Positions 13,191 to 27,095 of a DNA stretch of 64,000 bases are shown here, piece by piece. The notes under the pieces are model-generated. The model saw only the letters and a list, made by a program, of their open reading frames with translations, did not search any database and was not told the origin of the DNA. Numbering within the stretch: position 1 is the first letter of the stretch; every line of letters begins with the position of its first letter. Source of the stretch: Octopus sinensis (Eukaryota); assembly GCF_006345805.1 (NCBI RefSeq), contig NC_043008.1:12586001-12650000 (forward strand), in the 5' to 3' direction. The translations under genes and the position numbers were made by a program.

Positions 13191-14075
13191 GGAGGTACAA
13201 ACACAGACACACACATAAATATATATATTTAGATATATATATCAAAAGGATGTGTTATAATACTATTCCACATATACGAAAACAGCCATAATAATAATCC
13301 AACATAGCTCCATCATCAGCTGCCCCACAGATATCATTATGGTTTTGACACCTGGGCAGTACCACTCAATCTGGGGCTCTCAACAGCATTAAAATAAGTG
13401 TTGTTTGGAAACAAACAAACCAAAGAAACCACAACTTACAAACACATTTACCCTATGTAGAACCATATTGGTAAATAAATCCAATAAGTAAATTACAACC
13501 AACTCCTAAATACGTAGCTAAACAGCAACCAATCCATTACATATATATATATGATGGGCTTCTTTCAGTTTCCATCTACCAAATCCACTCCCAAGGCTTT
13601 AGTCAGCCCTATTGTAGAAGATACTTGCATGAGGTGCCACACAGTAGGACTGAACCCAGAAGTATGTGGTTGGGAAGAAAGCTTCTTACCACAGCCACAC
13701 CTGCACTGATACACGCACATAATATATACATATATACATATGTGTGTATGTGTGTGTGTGTATGTGTGTGTGTGTGTGTGTGTTTACCCCCACCCAGCCA
13801 CTCAATAACCAGTGATAGTTTGTTTCTGTCTCTATAACATAGCAGTTCATCAAAAGGAACTAATAGAATAAGTACTAAACTTAATTAAAAAAATATAAGT
13901 ACTGCGATTGTTTTGTTCTGCAAAATTCATCAAAGCAGTGCTTCAGCATGGCTGCATTCCAAAAACTAAAACAAACAAAAGATAGAAGTTAAAACAATCT
14001 AATAACATATCCCCCACCTACCCACCGCAAAAACTGCTCCTGTATTTTTATGATTTTATTAATATTTTATAAACA

Positions 14076-14520
14076 GATAGGTGTGGGAGTGGCTGATAGG
14101 CATAGGAATGGCTGATAGGCACAGGAGTGGCTGTGTGGTAAGTAGCTTGCTTACGAACCACATGGTTCCGGATTCAGTCTCACAGCGTGGCACCTTGGGC
14201 AAGTGTCCTCTACTATAGCCTCGGGCTGACCAAAGCCTTGTGAGTGGATTTGGTAGACGGAAACTGAAAGAAGCCGCACATATATATGTATATATGTATT
14301 TGTATGTGTGTGTGTCTGAGTTTGTCTCCACCCTGACATTGCTTTACAACTGATGCTGGTGTGTTTACGTACCCATAACTTAGCAGTCTGGCAAAAGAGA
14401 CTGACAAAATAAGTACTAGGCTTACAAAGAATAAGTCCTGGGGTCGATTTTCTCGACTAAAAGCGGTGCTCCAGCATGGCCACAGTCAAATGACTGAAAC
14501 AAGTAAAAAAGTAAAAGAGT
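14076..14520 (+). mobile_element. Family A SINE, full length
   Basis: Head, core, microsatellite and tail all present; head motif partly triplicated. Confidence 0.9.
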
Positions 14521-15009
14521 AAAACAGTTGATATTTCAAGAAAAGCTTCCAGCAGATTGTTAATGCTCAGCCAACAGCAACAGGTTTGATTAATCTTCAC
14601 CATATCACTTTTTTCAGAAATCCATAAAAAGCATGGTGTGCTATAAGAAACTCATTTAAATGTCTGTGCGTCAGATAAGACATTTAGAATGCTATTTTCA
14701 TCTAAACCTTTTTTTCTGTCTTAATCTTGGCAACACAACCAATATACTTGTTACTCTGCACCATCAACTATCATAGAGCAACATCTTGGATTATATTACT
14801 TTAACAATGATAATATTTACGTATGTAAAACATGTCACATACCCAGACAGATTGACATTTTCATCCAGGAATATAATATTTTGGTAAGACTAAGGACTAA
14901 TTATTTTATCATTGTTCTACAGTTTCTGCGACAGTAAATATCTCAAGATAGTTAGATAGCTAGGTTGATGGTAGAAATAGAAAACAATCTTGGTTTATTT
15001 ATGATCAAA

Positions 15010-15154
15010 AACAGGCACAGGAGTGACTGTGTGGTAAGTAGCTTGCTTACCAACTACATGGTTCCAGGTTCAGTCCCACTGCATGGCACATTGGGCAAGT
15101 GTCTTCTACTATAGCCTCGGGCCGACCAAAGCCTTGTGAGTGGATTTGCTAGTC

Positions 15155-15185
<31 letters not shown>

Positions 15186-15870
15186 CGTGTGTGTGTATAT
15201 GCTTGTGTGTCTGTGTTTGTCCCCTCAACATCGCTTGACAACCGATGCTGATGTGTTTAAGTCTCTGTAACTTAGCAGTTCGGCAAAAGTAACCGATAGA
15301 ATAAGTACTAGGCCTACTAAGAATAAGTCCTGGAATTGATTTGCTTGACTAAAGGCGGTGCTCCAGCATGACCGCAGTCAAATGGCTGGCACCTGTGCAG
15401 GTAGCATGTAAAAAGCACCATTTGAGCATGGCTGTTGCCAGTACTGCCTGACTTGCCCTCGTGCCGGTGGCACGTAAAAGCACCCACTACACTCTTGGAG
15501 TGGTTGGTGTTTGGAAGGGCATCCAGCTGTAGAAATTCTGCCAGATCAAGATTCAAGATTGGAGCCTGGTACAGCTATGTGGTTTGCCAGTCCTCAGTCA
15601 AAATCGTCCAACCCATGCCAGCATGGAAAGCGGACGTTAAGCGATGATGATGCTGATGCTGATGCTGATGATGATGAATCTGTTGAAGCAGATTTTCTGT
15701 GACCGGATGCCTTTCCTGTCACCAACTCTCACCTGTTTCCAATCATGGCAATATTTACCCATGACCAGACGTGTTTTTGCAGAATCCTGGAAATGAGTGA
15801 CACTGCTTGTACGACGGTGACACTCATTTACAACTATCACATGATGTCAAGACATGGAGATACAAACATA
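15010..15870. mobile_element. SINE pile-up: family A (+), family D (+), family E (-)
   Basis: Family A 15010-15385 fused to a family D body 15385-15680, then an inverted element sharing the AGGAAAGGCATCC motif. Confidence 0.75.
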
Positions 15871-17239
15871 TAGACATTCATAGACACATAAACATATGCA
15901 AATATACATATGTATATACATACTTTGGGCTTCTTCCATTTGCTGCCTACCAAATAAGGTTTTAGTCAGCACGGGGGCTACGGTAAAAGATACTTGTTCA
16001 AGGTGCTGCACGGTGGAACGGAACTCAAGACCATATGGCTGCAAAGCAACCTTCTTAACCACACGTCTATACATGTTCTTAGAAACCAGCACTCTTATCT
16101 AAATAAAGCTGTAATTGTGGAGAAACACTGAAATGTCAAATACCTGTCTGTTAACCTCTTGAGACATTTCACTTAGCGGCGTAAAATATATGCTGTTAAT
16201 GAAGACACTGTAAAATATTGCCAACTATTAACTGACATCGCTATACAATCTTCAGATGTTTTATAGGTTTATTAGCACCAAACTGTAATTAAAGTTTAAG
16301 AGATTTTAATTGAAGTTGGCACTTTAAGAAAAAAAAAAAATTTGAATATTTTCCTCAACACCATCGTTCTATTCAAAGTGATCTTGAATTTATATTTATG
16401 TGAAGAAATCAATAATTATTCTCAAATAGTTTGTTTTTCTTTTTTTCTTTTTTTCTTTTTTCTTTCCTTTTATTCCCTAGTATAGTGTTTATATCTGACA
16501 CTATATCTAGAGCAGAGCTAACAGCCAAAAGGTTGTTAACCTTCTATAAACATTTCACGTTTTGACTAATTTTATGTGTTTCCGTGGTCATTGAAAATCG
16601 TTATTAGGATATAATTCTTCTGTTTTTACATAACCTAGACCCAACCTGGACCTAATTCAAGCAACTTTGACTATATATATATATTTATACCATTGTCTCT
16701 TGTAAATACTTGACAAGGGGCTTTCTGAAATGTTTCTTGAACAAAAGATTTCATAAAAAATATCAGGATTTATTTATGTCGTGGCCAACTCTTGCAACAA
16801 TAACATTTCTACATCTTGAAATTTCTGTACATAATTCTGGTAGATTTGTGTTTTAGGAAAAACAAACAAACATTATTATTGCTGTCAAGTTCATTCAAAA
16901 TTACAGTCAGGTGATATACGTAGGTTGTTTGGTTGAAGAAATGTTTTGAACCATAAAAAGAAATCTACAACAGTTCCTACAAATATCTAAGGTCTTGGGG
17001 CTGAATTGGACAGATTAGAAATAATTGTCTTTTTGAATAGGATATTGGTGTAGCAGGGAAATTTTTCCTGAAACTTATATTAACCAACAGTCAACAATTA
17101 TTGAAAAGGTTGCAAGATGCAATGAAAATTTTAGAAAAATAAATAAGTAAATGAGTGGAAATGTTACCAGTGAGTGTGTTAAATAAAAGGCATTAAAAGA
17201 GAATGACTCTCCTCAGACACAACAGAATATGCTTCAATA

Positions 17240-17460
17240 GGCGGCGAGCTGGCAGAAACGTTAGCACGCTGGGCGAAATGCTTAGCCCTATTTCGTCTGC
17301 TGTTATGTTCTTAGTTCAAATTCTGCCGAGGTCGACTTTGCCTTTCATCCTTTCAGAGTCGATAAATTAAGTACCAGTTATGCACTGGAGTCGATGTAAT
17401 CGACTTAATGTCCTTGTTTGTCCCCTCTATGTTTAGCCCATTGTGGGCAATAAAGAAATA
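17240..17460 (+). mobile_element. Nin/Deu-domain SINE (family B) nested in a family G repeat
   Basis: GGCGGCGAGCTGGCAGAA head; GCCGAGGTCGACTTTGCCTTTCATCCTTTC..GTACCAG domain; flanks AGAATATGCTTCAATA and AGAATATAGTTCAACA resemble a decayed TSD. Confidence 0.85.
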
Positions 17461-17911
17461 AGAATATAGTTCAACACACGAACTCACATGAAGAATCTTA
17501 CAAACCAAATCCAAAACCGAAATTATATTAACCAGTTACAGAGCTAGATAAACTAAACAGTATAAGGTTGCCTTGTTTTGTCTTACCTTGGTTCCTTGGC
17601 TCTTCATGGAACTTTTGATTTTGGTATGTTTTGGATATTTTAGACACCTGGCAGAGCTCATCGCTCCCTAAGTCTGACTGTGGTCAATTTCTTCCAAGAA
17701 GGAAGAAAGGAAGGAGAGAGAGAGAGAGAGGAAAGAATGGACCCTAATTCAAAACTGGTACTTTATTTATCAAAGGTGAAGAGGATCTGGCAACATTTGA
17801 ACTAAGTGTGCAGGAGAATCAGAAATAAATGGTCAAGGCAAGCTTTCAGACTCTGCCAATTTGCTGCATAATATCATATTAGGTAGTCTTTGAGAAGAAT
17901 GTCTGATATCA

Positions 17912-18425
17912 TCTATATATATAAAACTGTAGTTGTGTGAGTGTCTGTCCCCTTCGATTTAGATTCCTAACTACTCCCACATTTTGCGGTGCAGTTTAAC
18001 CAAATTCAGATATCTTATAGTCGTGATTCATATTGAGCCTGTCTGGCTATTAGTGCGCGTCTACGATGAGTCTACAATTTAAAAAATAATTTAACATCAT
18101 TTTTTATTCCATTTTAATGCATATTTTTTCGTGTATCGATGGCGGCGGAGTTGGCGTCCACGCTCACAGCTGCACCTGTGTTGCTTCTCCCCATTTTTCC
18201 CTCCCTCGTGAAGCTGTGGGGAAGGGAGTGTAAGGAAATCAACGTTGTAAAGTGTTGTCAAGGAGACCAGCGTTCTTTTAGAACAACGACTTCATGGCTT
18301 GAAGACGCCAAAACAGAAATGGCTAAGAAAGCCCGAATTGGCATCTATAAGGGAAGTAACTCTCTAAAAATGCTTATATAGTTATTTTCCTTACAAACCC
18401 GAGCAACGCCGGGCGATACTGCTAG
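17912..18425 (+). mobile_element. Non-autonomous Helitron
   Basis: A|TCTATATATATAAAA 5' end; subterminal hairpin CCCGAGCAACGCCGGG at 18398-18413; CTAG|T 3' end; no TSD. Confidence 0.85.
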
Positions 18426-18974
18426 TTACATATAAAGTAGCAAATATGAAACCTCATCTCATTAACTCTTTGCATTAATAGACTACATTTAAATTAGAGT
18501 TGCTTTTGTATTGAAACCAACAACTTAAAATTTGGTTCTGCAAAGTAAACAACCGTTTATTTAGTCTGAGAGTCTTGTAGTTAAATCATAAGAAAACATT
18601 ATTTATGACTATGATTAGAATCCTTGGTTACCATTGCCAATGAACCAGCTTAATGGCTTCCGTTCCCGACTGGATGAATTTGGCTTCACAAACATGAAAA
18701 TTATCTGGCATGTTCATATTTTAATCTTTTAAAAGTCTTGTACTTTATACCAAAATCCAAGAAACAAAGAAATCTTGTGTGTGATGTCAGAATCATTAGC
18801 ATGCTACACAAAAATGCCTAATAGCATTTCATGTCGGTTCTTTACATTCTGAGTTCAAATTCTGCCAAGGTCGACTTCTCATTCTGATACTGTCGATAAA
18901 GTACCATACCAGTTGAAAATTTGGGGGTAACATAACCGAGTTATTTTCCCTTTAAATTGCTGGGCTTACTCTTT

Positions 18975-19385
18975 TTTTTACTCTTTTAGCAGTTTCAGTC
19001 ATTTGACTATGGCCATGCTGGAGCACCACCTTTAGTCGAGCAAATCTACCCCAGGACTTATTCTTTGTAAGCCTCGTACTTATTCTATCGGTCTCTTTTG
19101 CTGAACTGCTAAGTTACAGGGACATAAACACACCAGCATTGGTTGTCAAGCGATGTTGGAGGGGGAGGGACAAACACAGACACACAAACATATATATATA
19201 TATATATATACATATATACGATGGGCTTCTTTCACTTTCTGTCTATCAAATCTACTCACAAGGTTTTGGTTGGCTCGAAGCTATAGTAGAAGACACTTTC
19301 CCAAGGTGCCACACAGTGGGACTGAACCTGGAACCATGTGGTTGGTAAGCAAGCTACTTACCACACAGCCACTCCTACACCTATG
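18975..19385 (-). mobile_element. Family A SINE, full length, CpG-decayed
   Basis: Colinear with the other copies; many CG to TG/CA changes. Confidence 0.9.
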
Positions 19386-19479
19386 GCTTGTGCCAAAAAT
19401 TAGAAAGAATTTTGCTTGCTTGTCACCATCTTCAAAACGGCATAATCTTCTGATATTAGTTGATATTTCTGTCTCCCTT

Positions 19480-19928
19480 CTTGTTTGTATACCTATTTCT
19501 TTACTCCCCACAAGGGGCTAAACACAGAGAGGACAAACAAGGACAGACAAACGGATTAAGTGGATTATATCGATACCAGTGCATAACTGGTACTTATTCA
19601 ATCGAATCCGAAAGGATGAACGACAAAGTCGACCTTGGCAGAATTTGAACTCAGAATGTAACGGCAGACGAAATACCTATTTCTTTACTACCCACAAGGG
19701 GCTAAACACAGAGAGGACAAGCAAGGACAGACAAATGGATTAAGTTGATTATATCGACCCCAGTGTGTAACTGGTACTTATTTAATCGACTCTGAAAGGA
19801 CGAAAAGCAAAGTCAACCTTGGTGGGATTTGAACTCAGAACGTAACGGCAGACGAAATACCGCTAATCATTTCGCCCGGCGTGCTAACGATTCTGCCAGC
19901 TCACCGCCTTACTTGTTTGTATACCTAT
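19480..19928 (-). mobile_element. Family B SINE dimer with 17-bp TSD
   Basis: One head plus two bodies; CTTGTTTGTATACCTAT at 19480-19496 and 19912-19928. Confidence 0.85.
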
Positions 19929-20459
19929 TAAGTATTTAACACCGTGTCTGTCCATGTCATTAAACAGGAAAATGATGAAGTTCCCCTTTATTTTTTTAAT
20001 CTGTACAGATCGTTATTCTATATTTCAGCAGCAATTCTCCTTATGTAGAAATACAAAACCAGATGATTCCCCTAAACATGTCCTTCCTTTTATGTAATCC
20101 AAGCAAGTTAGAAACTAGGTCTACATCAGAGAAAATATATGGAAACATATACACGCCCCAAGAGACCCATTATCTCTAATAATAATTTAACTAAGCAATG
20201 TTATCTTTTCTTTCGCTTTAATTCTGTGCTAATTTTAAGCATTTCATTCATGAGTGTTTTGACTCTGCTGTTGAATGGTGATCGCAGAACCTTTTGGGTC
20301 TTGAAGACTAATCATAACAGCTCCTTGACTTCTGCAAATTTTCCCTCTTTTATATATTGTTTATACAGCTGTTTGGAAGGTTAACCTTCTGAGAGATTAC
20401 CATCTGCTTATATACCTTGTTAGTTTCCATCTGACTGGAAGCCTGTCAATCTTTATCTA

Positions 20460-20490
<31 letters not shown>

Positions 20491-20560
20491 ATTCATTCAT
20501 CTATCCATCAATCCATTCAGCCATCCATCCATTCCCCTCTTTCTCTGTCTCTCTGTCTCT

Positions 20561-20594
<34 letters not shown>

Positions 20595-20750
20595 GTATAT
20601 ATATATATATATATATGTGGGTGTGTGTGTGCATGTGTGAGTCTATATCTATATACACATATATCTGTATGTGTGTGTGTGTGTGTTTGTGTATGTATAT
20701 ATACCTATATCTATCCATATCTACACACACACATATATATGTATACATAC

Positions 20751-20818
<68 letters not shown>

Positions 20819-20832
20819 GGAGAGAGAGAGAG

Positions 20833-20869
<37 letters not shown>

Positions 20870-21042
20870 ATTCATTCACTTTTATTAACTTGCCTCTCCT
20901 TGTCATAATTTGGAGCCAAGTCAAGTTAATTTCTCCCCAAAGAACATTCTAGAAAGATCAGATTTGTATGGAAATTTGGTTTCTTTTCATTAATCAGATA
21001 CAAAACAAATCTGTCAGTGAATAGAGCAATAATCTTTTGATG

Positions 21043-21428
21043 TGGAGGTGCAATGGCCCAGTGGTTAGGGCAGCGGACTCGCGGTCATAGGATCGCGGTT
21101 TCGATTCCCAGACCGGGCGTTGTGAGTGTTTATTGAGCAGAAACACCTAAAAAAGCTCCACGAGGCTCCGGCAGGGGATGGTGGTGATCCCTGCTGTACT
21201 CTTTCACCACAACTTTCTCTCACTCTTACTTCCTGTTTCTGTTGTACCTGTATTTCAAAGGGCCGGCCTTGTCACTCTCTGTGTCATGCTGAATATCCCC
21301 GAGAACTACGTTAAGGGTACACGTGTCTGTGGAGTGCTCAGCCACTTACACGTTAATTTCACGAGCAGGCTGTTCCGTTGATTCGGATCAACCAGAACCC
21401 TCATCGTCGTAACCGACGGAGTGCTTCC
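21043..21428 (+). mobile_element. tRNA(Arg)-like SINE, family C, full length with 12-bp TSD
   Basis: A box TGGCCCAGTGG, TCG anticodon-like loop, B box GTTTCGATTCC; TSD AATCTTTTGATG at 21031-21042 and 21429-21440. Confidence 0.9.
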
Positions 21429-21503
21429 AATCTTTTGATGGTAATTTTAAAAAAATATACAATTCTTTATCCATCAGATAAATATGAAATGTAGCATTAA
21501 GGT

Positions 21504-21730
21504 TTAACCCTTTAGTGTTCAGATTATTCTATCAAACATAATGCTTATTGATTCCCATTGATTTGAATTAATCATGCATTATCTCATATCTTCAAGATCT
21601 TGATGGTGTAATTACTTAATGTAGAATAACATTGTAGGGTAGGTGTGAGGGTCTGGATCTGGTCAGTTTGAACATAAAACAGATTAGCTATTTTGGCTGG
21701 ATATGGCCGGTTTAAATACTAAAGGGTTAA
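21504..21730. mobile_element. piggyBac-like MITE, family P2
   Basis: TTAA|CCCTTTAGT...ACTAAAGGG|TTAA; interior unrelated to P1. Confidence 0.7.
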
Positions 21731-21769
21731 GGCAGAATTAAATTGCTACAAGATTTGAACTCTTGTCAC

Positions 21770-22190
21770 AGTGGCTGCATGGTAGGTAACTTGCTTACCA
21801 ACCACATGGTTCTGGGTTTAGTCCCACTGCATGGCACCTCGAGCAAGTGTCTTCTACTATAGCCTCGGGCCGACCAAAGCCTTGTGAGTGGATTTGGTAG
21901 ACGGAAACTTAAAGAAGCCAGTCATTTATATATATATATATATATATGTGTGTGTATATGTCTTTTAGTCTGTTTGTCCCCCCCACCATCGCCTGACAAC
22001 CAATGTTGGTGTGTTTACATCCCTGTAACCTAGTGGTTCGGCAAAAGGGTCTGATAGAATAGCTACTAGGCATTCAAAGAATAAGTCCTGGGGTCGATTT
22101 ATTCGACTAAAGGTGGTGTCCCAACATGACCGCAGTCAAACGACTGAAACAAATAAAAGTAAAGATAAAATTTAAAAATATGTATATATG

Positions 22191-22277
<87 letters not shown>

Positions 22278-23010
22278 GTATAAATTAATTAGAGGATGTA
22301 TAAACCTCTTAAAGATATAATTTCATCTCTGCCTTATAATTTTGGGAAACAAAATTCCCTAAATCAATGGGTGTATATTAAGCTTATAATCCATATTAAA
22401 TCAAGAGAAGAAAATGGAGCGTTAATGGTTTAATAATTAGTTAATTAATTAATTGATAATCATTCCTATAATTGTTTCAATTTGTACTCAGTCAATTACA
22501 AGTTACAAATTTATGCAATAAATTTGCATTCATAAGTTGCGAGGAAATTATCACTGGAGAAATATTAGACATTAAAGGATTGACATGTTGAACAATTTGG
22601 TCCTTCCAGAAGAGTAAATATATGGAATTGCTTTTATATTTCAGTGTATGTGTGTGAGCTAATGGATTAATTTGAATGTAATAAAGAATAAAATCAAATA
22701 AGAAATACAATATAAAAAATAAAAATAGAATAAAGCCTTGTGAGTGGATTTGGTAGATGGAAACTGAAAGAAGCCCGTCATATATGTATGTGTGTGTGCG
22801 TGCATGTGTGTGTGTGTGTATGTTTGTGTGTCTGTGTTTGTCATCCCCCCCACCCCCATCACTTGGCAACTGATGGTGGTGTCTTCACATCCCTGTAACT
22901 TAGCGGTTCAGCACAAGAGACTGATAGAATAAGTACTAGGCTTACAACTAAAGGTGGTGCTACAGCATGGCCACAGTCAAATGACTGAAACGAATAAAAG
23001 AAAATGAAAA
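21770..23010 (+). mobile_element. Two family A SINEs (21770-22165 and 22735-23010)
   Basis: Colinear with the family consensus seen elsewhere in the window. Confidence 0.8.
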
Positions 23011-23117
23011 AAAAACGAATAAAAGTAGAATAAAGTATATATATAGACATATATGTACACACATACATACAAAAATACACACACACACACACATATATAT
23101 ATACATACATATATATA

Positions 23118-23260
23118 AGAATGTGATAGATAGGTTTAGGTTAGAAAATAATTTATGTAGGTCCTTTCTGGTTCTTTCTAACGAGGATTTATTTATGCTT
23201 TTAGTAATTAATAAAGCATTGTCCCTATATAGGCCCCCCTTGATATTAGGGAAGTGTTCC
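23118..23260 (-). pseudogene. Penelope-like element reverse transcriptase fragment
   Basis: NIKGGLYRDNALLITKSINKSSLERTRKDLHKLFSNLNLSIT resembles the PLE GLYRDDGL...ERxxKxIxKIFxxxGLxIT motif; catalytic YRDD decayed to YRDN (23218-23229). Confidence 0.75.
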
Positions 23261-23605
23261 AGTTGATCCAATCAATGGAACAGCCTGCTCATGAAATTAA
23301 CATGCAAGTGGCTGAGCACTCCACAGACACGTGAACACTTAATGTAGATCTCGAGACGGATTCAGCATGACACAGAGTGTGACAAGGCTGGCCCTTTAAA
23401 AATACAGGTACAACAGAAACAGGAAGAAAGTGTGAGAGAAACTTGTGGTGAAAGATTATAGCAGGGTTAGCCACCACCTTCTTCCGGAGCCTCGTGGAGC
23501 TTTAGGTGTTTTCACTCAATAAACACTCACAAAGCCCAGTCCAGGAATCGAACTGCGATCTGACCACAAGTCCACTGCTCTATCCACTGGGCAATTGTGC
23601 CTCCA
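23253..23605 (-). mobile_element. Family C SINE, diverged
   Basis: Reverse complement is colinear with 21043-21428. Confidence 0.8.
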
Positions 23606-23606
23606 C

Positions 23607-23664
<58 letters not shown>

Positions 23665-24052
23665 ATATATATATAGATATATCATACACATATTATATGT
23701 ATATATTTATAAATTTATATTAATATTAATATAATATATAGTATATATATATCACATATAATTTGCATATAATATATATATCATATATAATTTATAAATA
23801 ATACATATGCATGTGTATTATATGTATATAATATTCATATATGTATAATATATATTGTGTATACAGTATATTTTATATATGATGTATGCAACATAGAAAG
23901 AGAGACAGAAAAATGTATGCATGGCAAAACAGAGAGAGACTATATGTATGTATGTATATATGTATATATATATATATGTGTGTGTGAGTGTGTGTGTGTC
24001 CCAGTCTTTCTCTGTTTTGTCATGCATACATATAGATATATATATGTATATA

Positions 24053-24123
<71 letters not shown>

Positions 24124-24329
24124 CATACATATATACATATATATATGTGATAAAATACTTTGATATGTGTATTGCTGTACTCTAATCTTATGATTCTTTA
24201 ACAAGCTTTATGACTGATAAATAAAGAAATAAATATATAAATAAATATATAATAATAAATAAATAAATAAATGGGGAAACACACTCTGCTATGTAATAAT
24301 GATTTCTTCAGCATGAAACCTTCAATAGT

Positions 24330-24375
24330 TTATAATATCAACAACAATCACAACAACAACAACAACAACAACAAC

Positions 24376-24433
<58 letters not shown>

Positions 24434-24510
24434 GTAATCATAATAATAATAATAACAATAATAATAATAATAATAGTAATCATAATAATAATAATAACAA
24501 TAATTATAAT

Positions 24511-24548
<38 letters not shown>

Positions 24549-24745
24549 TTATAATAATCATGATAATAATAATAATAATACTAATAGTAATCATAAGAAT
24601 AATAATAACAATAATGATAATAATAATAATAATAATAATAATAATATTAATAATGATAGTAATAATAATAATAATAGTAATAATAATAATAATAATGATA
24701 GTAATAATAATAATAATAGTAGTAATAATAATAGTGGTGGTGATA
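24330..24745. repeat. (AAC)n/(AAT)n compound microsatellite
   Basis: Direct reading. Confidence 0.97.
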
Positions 24746-25099
24746 ATGTCTTATGGGATAAAAGAAAGAGAGAGAGAGAGTGTGTGAGAGAGAGAGAGCA
24801 TTGACTAAGACGTATATATATATATGAAACCAATCACTTAGGAAGCCTGTTAAGTAAAATGGTGTGTTTAGTGTTTCTTTAAAAGAGTCTAGAAACATTT
24901 GATGTTTTCATGCTCTAGTAGACCGTATGTCTTTTATGATCACAGGACACTTTTTAGACTTTGCTGTTATGTAAACAGGAAACCTCCAGCATATTTATTT
25001 TGAAGCCAAAATTTTCTTTTCTGTAAGAGTTTTTCATTGGAAAATAGTTAACTCTGCGCTTTGATCATAGCTTCCATTAATGCTATTTCATGCTATCAA

Positions 25100-25167
<68 letters not shown>

Positions 25168-25529
25168 GTGTTGTTGTAGTTGTTGTTGATAGATTGACAG
25201 CAAGTTGCAGAAATAATAGAATTATAGACAAATTGGCTGGTGGAATTTAGTAACATCATTTTATGTTCTCAGTCCATACCCCAGTGTGATCAACTTGGCC
25301 TTTCATCCTTCTGCAAGTCAATAAAATAAATACCAGCCAAATATTGAGTTAGATTTAATCAACTTTGTCTTCTCTCCCTAAAGCGTCTGAACTTAATACT
25401 TGCCAAAGCCAACAACTATCGCTATTCGTTTGTTAAGGGTTTGATATAATAATGTACTAGTAAAATACAAGGGTGGATTTAACCGGTTTTACCCCCACCT
25501 CTCAAAATCTCTGGCCTTGTTTTCTACAT

Positions 25530-26500
25530 CATCATCATCATCGTCGTTTAACGCCCACTTTCCATGCTGGTATGGGTTGAATGGTTTGAGTGAGGGCTGG
25601 CGAGCCAGTGGGCTGCACCAGGCTCCAATCCGATCTGGCAAAGTTTCTACAGCTGGGTGCCCTTCCTAACACCAACCACTCCGAGAGTGTATGGGTGCTT
25701 TTTGCATGCCACCAGCACAGGAGCCAGTCAGGTGGCACTAGCAATGACCACACTTGAATGGCGCTTTTTACCAGCTATCGGCACTGTGAGATTAGAGCTC
25801 TTCACCACACAGCCATACCAGTGATTGTTATTCAGTGTACAGCTGTTTGAAGGAAGTAACAAAGAAATGTCTGTATTCTCATTTGACTTGCTGCAAGCAA
25901 CAGCCAAATCCCTTTCATATCACACCCTACTCTCTTAATTGATTGTTAATTGATTTTAAATGGCGAGCTGGCAGAAACATTATCACACCGGGTGAAATGC
26001 TTAGCGATATTTCATCTGTCTTTAAATTCTGAGTTCAAATTCCACCAAGGTCTACTTTGCCTTTCATCCTTTCAGGGTCGATGAATCAAGTACCACTTGC
26101 ATACTGGGCTCAATCTAATTGAAAGACTCCCTTTCACAAAAATTTCGGGCCTAGAAATCATTTTTTCTACTCTAGGCACAAGGCCTGAAAGTTTTGCGGG
26201 GAAGGAACCAGTCAATTTGGTCAACCCAGTGCGCAAGTGGTATTTAATTTATCGACCCCGAAAGGATGAAAGACAGCCAAAATTTGAACTCAGAATGTAA
26301 AGACAGATGAAATACTACTAAGCATTTTGCCCAGCGGGCTAATTTTTCTACCAGCTCCCTGCTTGAGCGGTTGAAAATATTCTTTTCTCCTCTAGGCACA
26401 AGGCCCAAAAGTTTTTGGGGAGGGGTCCAGTCGATTAGATTGATTCCAGTATGCAACTGGTACTTAATTTATCACTCCGAAATGATGAAATGCAAATTTT
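25530..26500. mobile_element. Family D SINE (-) followed by fragmented family B-related SINEs
   Basis: Family D at 25530-25770; GGCGAGCTGGCAGAAAC head and Nin-like pieces in both orientations at 25960-26500. Confidence 0.65.
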
Positions 26501-26890
26501 TATTTAAAATTCAATATGGTAGTGGGGCTCTGAAAGGGGTGTCGGTGAGTAGTGTCCCTGCCTTCCTGAGCTCCTTTTCTGCCACATTTCTTAAAAAGCA
26601 TGGTCGAAGCCTTCGTCTCGGGACCACTTATGTTTAGAAACTGAGCTTGGGAGTAAGCAAGGACATACTCCCCCTCAGAAAATCCAGCTCCAGAAAAGTA
26701 GAATGGGCACCAGCCAGCCAGACCAAAGGTTGGGGTGGGCTACACCTGCCTACCTCAGTTGCTATGACATTGAGGTAGATCCAGCCACCCCCGTTAATGG
26801 AGACAATTCCCAGATTTAAAAGACTGGATGATGATAATGATATGGGCTCCAGATATTGCCACCAATTTCCTGAGTCGTCCAGGAATTGTG

Positions 26891-27095
26891 TCAACTGATT
26901 TCACCAGGAATTCTTGTGGGATAGAAAACATAACTTCTCATATTCACCCTTTGAGTTCTTCCAAAGTCTTTGCTTTTGTATAGTAGACATGTTCCTTTAA
27001 CCAACCCCAAAGAAAGAAGTTACAGGGTGTTAAGTTGGGACACCTGGCTGGCCACTCATGCAGACCACAACGACCTGAGGAAGTGGACATTTAGC
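26891..27095 (-). pseudogene. Tc1/mariner transposase C-terminal fragment
   Basis: GRCGLHEWPARCPNLTPCNFFLWGWLKEHVYYTKAKTLEELK resembles the WPARSPDLTPCDFFLWGYLK motif; in-frame stops present. Confidence 0.85.

Noticed and set aside
17587-17677. Minus-strand exon SDLGSDELCQVSKISKTYQNQKFHEEPRNQ
   Set aside because: Good donor but ambiguous acceptor, no partner exons and no recognisable homology.
21043-21120. tRNA-Arg(TCG) gene (and other tRNA-like heads)
   Set aside because: No closed acceptor stem or terminator; continues into a SINE body bounded by a TSD.
26520-26870. GC-richer segment ending in a (GAT)n-like tail
   Set aside because: Probably an interspersed repeat, but single copy in the window with no diagnostic motif, so left unclassified.
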